64,000 bases of DNA, from the NCBI GenBank assembly GCA_965247365.1, contig CBDFHB010000001.1:598221-662220 (forward strand), read 5' to 3'. Below, piece after piece: positions 49,259-58,029 of the stretch. The notes beneath the pieces are model-generated. The model had not been told where the DNA came from. It was given only the letters and a program-made list of their open reading frames with translations, and searched no databases. Within the stretch, counting starts at the first letter, position 1. The number at the start of each line of letters is the position of its first letter. The stretch comes from Candidatus Marinacidobacterales bacterium. Lineage in GTDB: Bacteria; Acidobacteriota; Vicinamibacteria; Marinacidobacterales; SMYC01. The translations under genes and the position numbers were made by a program.

Positions 49259-52161
49259 CAAAGCGTTAGCCGTGCGGGGTCTCTTGGCCGGCGCCATCGC
49301 CGCGCTCATTGCATGCACGCTGTACTTTTTCCAGGTCTTCGAGGGCCTCGAATACCAGCTTTACGACTGGAACTTTCGCACCGGTCAACAACAGGAGGCG
49401 CCGGCCGAGATCGTGATCGTAGCCGTCGATCACGCTTCGTTGAAACGGCTCGGAGCCTGGCCGTGGCCGCGCGCGTATCACGCCGAAGTGCTTCGACAGG
49501 TTCATCAAAACGGCGCCAAGGCGGTCGGCGTTGACTTCGGGTTCTTCGAGCCCGATCGGCGCGATCCCGTCAACGACGAGGAGCTCGCGGCCGCCACCGC
49601 GGAGGCGGGCAACGTAATCTTTCCCGTCATCATGGAAGAAATCAGCGTGAACGGGGTGACGCAAATGATTCGGTCAGATCCCCTTCCGGAGATCAAACGG
49701 GCGGCCGCGGGTCTGGGCCACGCCCATATCGAGCAGAGCTCCGACGGGATCGTGCGCAAGCTCCACCTCGCCTACCGGACCCACGACGCCACTTTTTGGG
49801 GTCTGAATCTCGCGGTGCTGCGCGAGTACCTCGACCTGCCCAACGACGGGATCCGGATCGTGCGACCGGGCGTGCTCGGCGTCGGTGACATCGAGGTCCC
49901 GGTCACCGAAGCACCCATATCCGTTCAGCCTCAGGAAGGCACCGTCGTCATCGACTACGAGATGCACATCGCCTACCTGGGTGACCGCATGAGTTTCGAC
50001 TACGTCCCGGCTCACGAGGTCATCGAGGGTCGTGTTCCTCCGAACTACTTTGCCGGGAAGATGGTTCTCTACGGCGGACAAGCGGATGGATTATTCGATG
50101 ACCACATGACACCCTTCTCGCTCGACAAGACGCCGATGCCAGGAGTCGAGATCCAGGCCAACGTCATCGACGCGATTCTGAAGGAGCGGTTCATCCGTCG
50201 AGCGCCACTGTGGCTCCTGGCCGCGGTGACCTTGGCCCTCGCGATGGCGGTCGCCGCGATGTACCTCTATTTCGATACCCGCGTGGCACTCGCGCTCCTC
50301 GTTCCCTTGATCGGGGGCACGGTGGGTACCCACGCCTATCTGTTCCGCTCGTTCGGATTCTGGATCGAGATTAGCCCGATTGTCGTGTCCCTGGTTCTCT
50401 CGTTCATCTTCGGCCTGATGTTGAAGATGCAGCACGTGAATAAGGCACTCGATGCAGAAGTCCTCAATCTCTCGGAAGCGGCGGCGCTCGCGGAGAAATC
50501 CGGAGAGAAGATAATCATCGAAAGCTTCACGTCGGCCGAGCCCACGCTGCGCGACGTCCTGGGAATACCGGCTGCCGCTCTCCTCAAGATGGATCGAGAC
50601 AAGGGCGTGATGATACCGACGGCTCAATACGGGCTGACGAGGCTGAATCCTCACAACAAGCTGACGATCAAGGTCACGGGAGACCTTACCAGTCTGCTCA
50701 TCGGGCTCGACGGGGTCATGGTCGACAACCTCGGGAGCCATCCTCTGAGTGTGTTGGTGCCCAAGGCTCAACTATCCCTCTATCACGCTCTCGTCGTTCC
50801 GTTGATCTCCAAGGGAGACACGGTAGGCGCCCTGTGCCTGTTCCGGACCCGTGCCGAGCAGTTCCGCACCGAGGAGCACGAGCTGCTGCAGGCGGTTTCG
50901 TCCGAGTTCGGTGCTATCTGGTATAACGCCGCCCTCTACGCACGGCTCACCGAGAAGAGCACGAATCCGCTCGCGTCTTTCACCTACAAGAACCAGGAGC
51001 GGCGGATTCAGACCCTCAACGTCTTGAGCGACGCCGTCCTCAGCGAAAAGTCACTCATGGGTTCGATCATGGACAGCATCGCCGACGGCGTCATCGTTAC
51101 CGATGTGCTTGGCACCATCCAGATCCTCAATCCGAAGGCGAAGGAAATTCTGGGTCTCTATGCCGAGAGCGCCGTCGGGCAGAGCGCGGTCGAGTTCATC
51201 CGTCGTTTCCGAGGACGTACCTCACGAACTGATGCACGAGCGGTTCAAGAAGATCGTCGAGCGCGGTGAGACCTTCTCGTCCGACATCAAGCTCTCGATG
51301 CCGACGACGCGCTTCTACACATTACAGCTCGGCCCCGTCAGGTCACGAGAAGGCCTGGTGCAGGGAATCGTGGCGGTCCTGTCCGACATTACCCAGCTCA
51401 AAGAAATGGACCAGATGAAGACGGATCTCATGTCGATGGTGACTCACGAGATCCGTACTCCGCTCGCGACGGTTCGCGGTTTCGCCCAGATTCTGCTGAA
51501 GGGCGGCATCGGGAACGACAAGTCGTCCGAGTTCCTGGAGATCATCAACCGCCAATCCAACCGGCTCGTGAACCTGGTCAACGACTTCCTCGACATCACC
51601 CGTATCGAGTCGGGACGCCAGGTCGTCACGAAGGGACCTGTCGATCTCGACAAGCTGATTCAGAACGCGGTCGCGGACTTGAGGCCGCTGGCGGACGAAA
51701 AGACCATCACCATCCAATACGTCGCCCCGAGTGGTCCCATTCCGGAGATCTTCGGCGACCGGAATCTCATCGAGCAGGTGCTCATCAACTTGCTCTCGAA
51801 CGCGATCAAATACAGTCCCAAGGGAGCCTGGACGCGTATTGCGGTCTCGCAGCTCAGCGGTCTCCTGTCGGTCTCGGTGCAAGACAACGGCTTGGGCATT
51901 CCGAAGGACGCCGTGCCGCGACTGTTCGAGAAATTCTATCGAGTTCGTTGCGACGATCGTAAGGACATCATCGGAACCGGGCTCGGGCTGTCGCTGGTGA
52001 AGCAAATCATCGAAGTCCATGGCGGCACCATCAAAGTGGAGAGCGAGCACGGTCAGGGCTCGACGTTTACCCTCACCTTGCCCGTGCCCACCGAAGGCAC
52101 GCAAGCAACAAAGTCAGCGACGGCCGACGTCTTGGAATCGGTCACGGCAGTCACCAACTGA
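49248..52161 (+). pseudogene. CHASE2-GAF-PAS histidine kinase split by a +1 frameshift near 51207-51210
   Basis: CHASE2 (LGAWPWPRAYHA, MPGVEIQAN), 3 TMs, GAF, PAS start (SIADGVIVTD). The next frame continues EDVP...THEIRTPL, NLLSNAIKYS, GTGLGL. May be a sequencing error. Confidence 0.8.
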
Positions 52162-52169
52162 AGGAATTC

Positions 52170-53474
52170 ATGGCGAAAGAACTGGTCCTGATGGTCGACG
52201 ACGAGCTCGATAATCGGGTAATGATGCGCTATTTCCTCGAATCCTGGGGGTATGAGGTCGAGCTCGCCGGCAACGGTAAAGAGGCGCTCGACAAGGTGGC
52301 GGAACGGCGACCGGCCCTCGTCCTGCTCGATCTCGAGATGCCCGTCATGGACGGCTTCGAGACGTGCCACCGGCTCAAAGAGAGTCCCGACACCGAGGAC
52401 ATTCCGGTCATCATGTTCACTGGTTTGGAGGCCACTTCCGACAAAGTGAAGGGCATTCGCCGCGGCGCGGACGATTACGTCGTCAAGACGGTCGACCCCG
52501 AGGAGATCCAGGCTCGAGTCGAGATGATTCTCCGACGGAGCAAGCGCTATGAAGCGAAGGCCTCGTCCGACAAGGGCTCGAGCTCGTCGGATGCGGTTCT
52601 GAGTGGCTCGCTGCAAGACAAGAACTTCCCGGAAGCTTTCCAACTCGCCATGGCCTACGGCAAGAGCGGTAGTCTGGTGTTGAAAGACGGCGAGCGCGAG
52701 GGCCGTGTCTACCTCAACGACGGCAACGTTGTGCACGCGACCTACGGCGAGCTGGAGGGGGAAGAGGCCTTCTTCGAGCTCTCCGTCTGGAACGAGGGGC
52801 AGTTCAGCTACGTTGTTGGAGAGCCGCTACCCACGTCGACGATAAAAACCTCGGGGACGAGCTTGCTGATGGAAGCGACGCGGCGCATGGACGAGTGGAA
52901 TCTCATTTCCTCGAAGATTCCGAACTTCGACGTCGTGCCCCATAGAGTTTCGACGACCGCGAGTGAATCGATCCGACTGACGAAGTCCGACTGGAAAGTG
53001 CTGAGCCGAGTCGATGGCAAGCGGAGTATTCGAGCCGTCGCCGAGGCGATAGGCCTCGATCACTTCGATTGCGGCCGCACCGTATTCGGCCTCATGACCC
53101 TCGGGGTTTTGTCTCTCGCGCCTGACAAGACGGAGCGGGACACCTTCTACGATGCGGTGCCAGAACTGCGCAACGAGCCAGCCGGTCAGGAGCCCTATGA
53201 GCTCTCGGCAACGCACTGGAAGATTCTCGCCTGCATCGACGGCAAGAGGGACCTCGGCGTTCTCACGCACTTGGCTGGCGTGTCCCCCCGAAAAATGGCG
53301 GAGTTTCTCAAAGACCTTGCAGACAGGGGTTTCGTTCGCGTCAACAAGCCACGCGAAGCGAGCGCCCTCAGGGCGGCTCCAGCGACTTCGAACAGGGTCG
53401 TAGCGGCCGAGGCCAGTTCCGGCAACAAGGTCGAGGCTTTTACGCCGCGCATCCGCGCGATTGGCTTCGATTGA
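52170..53474 (+). CDS. Response regulator with DUF4388 (PatA-N-like) domain and two winged-helix-like repeats
   Basis: REC (VDDE, LDLEMP, GADDY); LSGSL...KSG.L...G.V.HA...GEEAF...W.EG.F; repeats WKVLSRVDGKRS / WKILACIDGKRD. Confidence 0.82.
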   Translation: MAKELVLMVDDELDNRVMMRYFLESWGYEVELAGNGKEALDKVAERRPALVLLDLEMPVMDGFETCHRLKESPDTEDIPVIMFTGLEATSDKVKGIRRGADDYVVKTVDPEEIQARVEMILRRSKRYEAKASSDKGSSSSDAVLSGSLQDKNFPEAFQLAMAYGKSGSLVLKDGEREGRVYLNDGNVVHATYGELEGEEAFFELSVWNEGQFSYVVGEPLPTSTIKTSGTSLLMEATRRMDEWNLISSKIPNFDVVPHRVSTTASESIRLTKSDWKVLSRVDGKRSIRAVAEAIGLDHFDCGRTVFGLMTLGVLSLAPDKTERDTFYDAVPELRNEPAGQEPYELSATHWKILACIDGKRDLGVLTHLAGVSPRKMAEFLKDLADRGFVRVNKPREASALRAAPATSNRVVAAEASSGNKVEAFTPRIRAIGFD

Positions 53475-53584
53475 GATCGAGATGTACCGACGATTAGAAG
53501 AGTTTACACAGGCTTCCTCAACCAAACGGTGGGCTCTCCGTTCCGGCGGGCTCACATCGTTTCCAAACAAGGAGGGTGAACACG

Positions 53585-53992
53585 ATGAACAGTAAGACAT
53601 GGATGAAGGTTTTGACCTTCGCATTCGCCATGTCCATCGCGGTGAACCTCGCTGCATTTGACGGGGGGCGTTCCGAGGAGCAGGAGAAGAAAATAACACC
53701 TGCCACCCAGATCGACTCTCCCAAAGAGCTCGCGGCTTCGGCCCAAAGCTCCGGCGAGGACTACGTGGTGGTCATGACCGACAAGGACACGACACCTCTC
53801 AGCGTTTACCAGAAATATCTGGAGAGCGCTGACTTCTGGAGACAACTCACAGAGCATAACCTGCTACAGAAGGGTATCGAGGTTAAGGTCCCTGAAAGCA
53901 TGCTCAAGAGCGGCCAGATTCCTGCCAAGGTCACGAACTTTGGCATTTTTTTGAATCGCGCGTATTACTTCTTTGGAATCAGATTGTTGTAG
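53585..53992 (+). pseudogene. Exported LysM-like protein truncated at ~53943 (likely LysM-FecR N-terminus)
   Basis: Signal peptide, DTTPLSVYQKYL...WRQLTEHN...VKVP; after AKVTNFG the DNA turns AT-rich and the frame ends in a non-native-looking tail. Confidence 0.6.
53977..53989 (+). promoter_or_regulatory. IHF-consensus site near the junction
   Basis: AATCAGATTGTTG fits WATCARNNNNTTR. Confidence 0.45.
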
Positions 53993-54190
53993 GTGCTTGT
54001 TTTGACACACTCCGGAATTTGCATTTTCCTTGGGTTTTCGGCCCTTCAGAACATGCACATTCTGGACACACTTTTCTAAACGGTACTTTTTCACCCAAAA
54101 CAGTTTTCGATAAGTGCGTCTCCAAGACGCACCGAGCGGCACACGAGCGGGCAAGTGCGCTTGAAGGAGGCCGGCTCGCCGATCTTCAAA

Positions 54191-54268
54191 AGCGGAGTGG
54201 AGCAGCGGCTAGCTCGCCGGGGCTCATACACCCGGAGGTCCCCGGTTCGAATCCGGGCTCCGCCACCA
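54191..54268 (+). tRNA. Initiator-type tRNA-Met(CAT) with an expanded 9-nt anticodon loop
   Basis: A1xC72 mismatch, GCGGAG/CTCCGC acceptor, D-stem GAGC/GCTC, anticodon stem CCGGG/CCCGG around GCTCATACA, T-arm CCCGG-TTCGAAT-CCGGG, encoded ACCA. Confidence 0.85.
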
Positions 54269-54399
54269 ATCCGACCGTCAGGGAAGTCGCCTCGTGATCT
54301 TCAAAAAGTGCGGTTGCGCGAAGTGCCGAGCGGCGCGAGGGGGACAACGCCCTCCGACCAAGGGCTCGGGAGATGTCGAGTCGAAGGGCTCAGAAAAGG

Positions 54400-54427
54400 A
54401 GAGAGCCGGGCAAGCACCCGGCTCTCT
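54400..54427 (-). terminator. 11-bp hairpin, probable minus-strand terminator
   Basis: AGAGAGCCGGG-CAAGCA-CCCGGCTCTCT; followed by CCTTTTCT on the minus strand. Confidence 0.6.
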
Positions 54428-54467
54428 GTCTCCCCACTAACGAACCAATGAAAGAAAGGAGTAACCG

Positions 54468-54941
54468 ATGCCCATTCTAAGCACGAACGAACCCACCGTC
54501 AAGGGTTTTCGTCCAGCGTGGATCTACGACAATGGCGGACGCGACGAGGCAGGATTCCGCGGCGTAACCGGCGACTGTGTCACTCGGGCGATAGCCATAG
54601 CTACCGGGATGTCCTACCGCGAATCCTACGGTCTTGTGAACCAGTACGGCGCCGCCGAACGCATTACGAAGCGACGGACCAAGAAAGGGTCTGCCCGCAC
54701 CGGCATCCGCAGGCCGACGACCCGCCGCCTCATGGCGGGCCTCGGCTGGCTCTGGACGCCGACCATGTTCATCGGTTCGGGCTGCCGAGTGCATCTGCGC
54801 GGCGACGAGCTGCCATCGGGACGCCTCGTGGTAGCGGTGTCGAAGCATGTGTGCGCCGTCATCGACGGCGTGATTCACGACACCTACGACCCGACGCGCG
54901 ACGGTACCCGCTGCGTCTATGGCTACTGGAGGGCGGCATGA
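54468..54941 (+). CDS. Phage hypothetical protein (GDCVTRAIA...HVCAVIDG..HD)
   Basis: Strong RBS AAGGAG; Cys/His/Asp arrangement; ATGA-coupled to the next gene. Confidence 0.75.
   Translation: MPILSTNEPTVKGFRPAWIYDNGGRDEAGFRGVTGDCVTRAIAIATGMSYRESYGLVNQYGAAERITKRRTKKGSARTGIRRPTTRRLMAGLGWLWTPTMFIGSGCRVHLRGDELPSGRLVVAVSKHVCAVIDGVIHDTYDPTRDGTRCVYGYWRAA
54474..54502 (-). promoter_or_regulatory. Antisense sigma70 promoter TTGACG-17-TAGAAT inside the first phage ORF
   Basis: Reverse complement of attcta-N17-cgtcaa. Confidence 0.7.
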
Positions 54942-54976
54942 GCGGAGCTCTAAGCACGAACGAACCCACCGTCAAG
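54476..54976 (+). repeat. 28-bp exact direct repeat (54476-54503 and 54949-54976)
   Basis: TCTAAGCACGAACGAACCCACCGTCAAG near the 5' ends of two consecutive ORFs (both encode LSTNEPTVK). Confidence 0.95.
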
Positions 54977-55417
54977 AACCTTCTGGACGAGGGCGACGGA
55001 CAGCCACGGTACAAGGCCCTCTGTCGCGCCTCCGGCTGTGATTGGAGTTACGAGCACGAAAAGGGCCACTTCGCATTGGCGAGAGGCAAGGCCCACTGCA
55101 GCAAGACCCAACACGCCGTGGATCTGCGGCTCGACATTCTCGATCTCTTCATCGGCCGGATTGACCCGACGGTCAAATCGGAGGCTACCGGTCAAGCGCC
55201 GACTGTCAGCAGGCGAGTTATCGCCGAAGTCGAAAGGGAGATGGAGAGAGGCTGCCAGCAAATGATGTCTCCCGACCCTCACTCGACGGATAGCTGTTCG
55301 GCTCCGGTGCTCTGCATCACGTGCGCGTCATGTGACGAGCATTGCGGCTGCGCCGAGCCTCTGACGCTCGAAGAGCTCACCACCACTACCGAAAATGAAA
55401 GGAGAGCTGACCGATGA
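54938..55417 (+). CDS. Phage Cys/His-rich hypothetical protein
   Basis: ATG 54938 overlaps the previous stop; CRASGC...HCSKTQH and CITCASCDEHCGC. Confidence 0.65.
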   Translation: MSGALSTNEPTVKNLLDEGDGQPRYKALCRASGCDWSYEHEKGHFALARGKAHCSKTQHAVDLRLDILDLFIGRIDPTVKSEATGQAPTVSRRVIAEVEREMERGCQQMMSPDPHSTDSCSAPVLCITCASCDEHCGCAEPLTLEELTTTTENERRADR

Positions 55418-56442
55418 GTACCCCCGAAGCTAGAGATATGGAAGTCGTAGACATAAACGACGATCCCAAGCTCGCCGCTCCAACCGCTCTAGCGCGACAA
55501 AGCGAAGAGCGCAGCGTCGAAGAAGTCGTTGCCCAAATGGAAAAGGTTCAGCAGCTCATGAAGAGCGCGCTCACCGAGGACGAGCACTACGGCGTCATCC
55601 CCGGCACGAACACGGGCAAGAGCAAGCCGAAGCCGACGCTTCTCCAGCCGGGCGCGCAAAAGCTGTGCTTCATGTTCCGGCTCGTGCCGCGCTTTCACGT
55701 CAAGCGCATCGACCTTCCGGGCGACCATCGCGAGTACACCGTCTGTTGCGAGCTCGAGAACTCGGGCGTCCACGTCGGCGAAGGCGTCGGGCTTTGCTCG
55801 ACGATGGAATCGAAGTACCGCTGGCGGAAGGCCGAGCGGCTGTGTCCCAAATGCAGCGGTGACTTTATCAAGCGGAGCAAGACCGGCGACAAGGGCTGGT
55901 ATTGCTTCGCCAAGATCGGAGGCTGCGGTGAGAATTTCGCCGCTGGCGACCACCGCATTGTCGGCCAGGAAGTGGGGCGCAAGGAGAACCCCGACATCGC
56001 TGACACCTACAACACCGTGCTCAAGATGGCGAAGAAGCGGGCCTTCGTGGACGCCACTCTGACGGCAACCGCTGCGAGCGACAGCTTCACCCAAGACGTG
56101 GAGGATATGGACATCGGCACCGGTAGAGGCGGCCATCCCAACACGCGAAACGGTGGAGCGTCTGGCCGCACCGCGCAACCAGCAGGGCCGAGCACCATCA
56201 CGGGAGACCAGGGCAAACGACTGTGGGAGTACGCGCTGGCGCGCGCCGAAAAGACGGGTTCCACCCGAGATCAAATCATGCGAGACGTGCTCAGGTCCCT
56301 CGGTTTCGAGGAGACCAAGGAGATTCCATCGGGAGATTTCGGGCGGGTGCGCGGCGTGATCGAGCAATGGGAACCCGTAATGGACCTCGCCACGGAGCCC
56401 GAAAAGGACTCCGGCAAAGAGGAGCCGGGGGCGGATGGCTGA
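55414..56442 (+). CDS. Putative single-strand annealing protein (RecT/Red-beta-like) with Zn-finger insert
   Basis: HYGVIPG, KPTLLQPGAQKL, NTVLKMAKKRAFVDA, FTQDVED; close to an exonuclease. Confidence 0.6.
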   Translation: MSTPEARDMEVVDINDDPKLAAPTALARQSEERSVEEVVAQMEKVQQLMKSALTEDEHYGVIPGTNTGKSKPKPTLLQPGAQKLCFMFRLVPRFHVKRIDLPGDHREYTVCCELENSGVHVGEGVGLCSTMESKYRWRKAERLCPKCSGDFIKRSKTGDKGWYCFAKIGGCGENFAAGDHRIVGQEVGRKENPDIADTYNTVLKMAKKRAFVDATLTATAASDSFTQDVEDMDIGTGRGGHPNTRNGGASGRTAQPAGPSTITGDQGKRLWEYALARAEKTGSTRDQIMRDVLRSLGFEETKEIPSGDFGRVRGVIEQWEPVMDLATEPEKDSGKEEPGADG

Positions 56443-56785
56443 GATGAAAACTCACGACGTTCTGAGGAGGGCCGCCGACCTCGTGGACAAAGGTTGGACG
56501 CAAGGCGCGTTAGCTCGCTTGGCCGATGGCACTAGAACCTCGTTCCGCGACCCCGACGCCGCCTCGTTCTGCATTATTGGAGCGGTCTACGCCGAAGGAA
56601 AAAGAAGAGGTTTGTCATCCCTCGATGTGCTGTGCGACCTCCTCAAAAATCGAGGCTCCGAGGTATCCCCCTTCGGCGAAATCAATCTCGCCACCTGGAA
56701 CGACAACCCAGCCCGAAAAAAGCGGGAGGTTGTTGATCTTCTCCTTGAGGCTGCGCGGGCGGCGGAGGAAGAGTCGGATGGCTGA
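56435..56785 (+). CDS. Phage hypothetical protein (DUF6197-like)
   Basis: GWTQG...FCIIGA...WNDNPAR..EVV.LL. Confidence 0.65.
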   Translation: MAEMKTHDVLRRAADLVDKGWTQGALARLADGTRTSFRDPDAASFCIIGAVYAEGKRRGLSSLDVLCDLLKNRGSEVSPFGEINLATWNDNPARKKREVVDLLLEAARAAEEESDG

Positions 56786-57590
56786 GCTCAGGCGGCTTGA
56801 GGTGCCGGGTAAAGGCCGGCACTACAAGCACTCGACCACCGGACGCGAGATGCCGTCGGTGACCAACGTGCTCGGCGTGCTGAGCAAGCCCGCGTTGATT
56901 CCTTGGGCGGCGAAGATGGAACGCGAACTGTGCGTCGAGACGGCGAACACCGTCTACGAAAGCCTGAGTGGCGAGGCGGTGGGCGCGGATGAGTTTCGCA
57001 GCCGCCTCGACCTTGCTCTCCCAACGACGAAAGCCCACAAGCGCGTCTCGCAAGACGCTATCAGCGTCGGGAACGAAGCGCATGGGTATATCGAGTGGCG
57101 TCTTCTTGGCGAGCTCGGTCTGCCTCGCGGCGACGAGCCCGAGACATCGGAGCCGGCGCGCTGGGCTGTCGCCGCGTTTGAAGACTGGCGCCGGGAAGTT
57201 CAGCTCAAGGCGACACACGCCGAGGAGCGTCTGTATAGCGAGGAGCTTGACGCGGCGGGCTCGACGGATGCGATCTGCTGTGAGCTCGATATCTACGTGC
57301 TCGTGCCGAAGAAGCGCCGCGTTGCCGCAGTCACGGATTGGAAGAGCTCAAAAGCCTTGTATCCCGAGCACGACATCCAGGTGGCCACCTACCGCCACAT
57401 GGCGATCGAGCGCGGCCTGCTCGATGAAAACGCCTGGGGGCTGATTCTCCGGCTGCCCAAGACACTCAAAGACAAGCTCGAGGCGCGGCCGATTCCGCCG
57501 TCTCGGTGCCGCGCGCTCGTGGAGGTCTTCCGTGCGGCGCGGCGTATCTGGCAGTGGCGTTTCATGGACAAGGAGACGCGATCGCGATGA
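56778..57590 (+). CDS. Phage PD-(D/E)XK exonuclease
   Basis: PSVTNVL..L.KPALIPWA, GNEAH, AGSTD, DWKSS, QVATY. Confidence 0.8.
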   Translation: MAELRRLEVPGKGRHYKHSTTGREMPSVTNVLGVLSKPALIPWAAKMERELCVETANTVYESLSGEAVGADEFRSRLDLALPTTKAHKRVSQDAISVGNEAHGYIEWRLLGELGLPRGDEPETSEPARWAVAAFEDWRREVQLKATHAEERLYSEELDAAGSTDAICCELDIYVLVPKKRRVAAVTDWKSSKALYPEHDIQVATYRHMAIERGLLDENAWGLILRLPKTLKDKLEARPIPPSRCRALVEVFRAARRIWQWRFMDKETRSR

Positions 57591-57994
57591 CACCGATCTT
57601 CACCGCCACCGTGACGGAAGCCGGGAGCTTGCGGCTCGACTCGCCACTGACGTTTCAACGCCACTTGGCGAGGTTCAAGAGCAAGCCTGTCGAAGTCGTC
57701 GTCCGGCGCGTACGGACGCAGCGCTCCAATCAAGCCAATCGGTACTACTGGGGCGTCGTTGTTGCGTTGCTCGCCGAGGAATTCGGCTACGAGAAAGAAG
57801 AGATGCACGAGGTCTTGGCGATGAAGTTCCTGCGCATCGTCGACGACTGCCCTATCACGGACTCGCCGAGACGGAAGCGCACACCCGATTGCGGCACTGC
57901 CCAGTTCGCCGCTTACGTCGATTCGTGTATCCGGCTCGGGGTCGAGCACGGCGTCGTCATCCCGTCGCCTAACGAAGCCGAGGTGTCCGCATGA
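57587..57994 (+). CDS. NinB/Orf-like phage recombination protein
   Basis: QRSNQANRYYWGVV...LAEEFGY..EEMHE...F..YVD...GVVIPSP. Confidence 0.65.
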   Translation: MTPIFTATVTEAGSLRLDSPLTFQRHLARFKSKPVEVVVRRVRTQRSNQANRYYWGVVVALLAEEFGYEKEEMHEVLAMKFLRIVDDCPITDSPRRKRTPDCGTAQFAAYVDSCIRLGVEHGVVIPSPNEAEVSA

Positions 57995-58029
57995 AACGAA
58001 ACGCAAAAGGAAAACAGAGGAGGGGGTAA

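Noticed and set aside
54191-54268. tRNA as the prophage integration site
   Set aside because: The host-gene break is ~250 bp upstream, so the tRNA lies inside the phage-like DNA; no duplicated tRNA 3' end is seen in the window.
57991-58029. 12-codon mini-ORF between the NinB-like gene and 58030
   Set aside because: Probably a coupling remnant or chance; too short to support.
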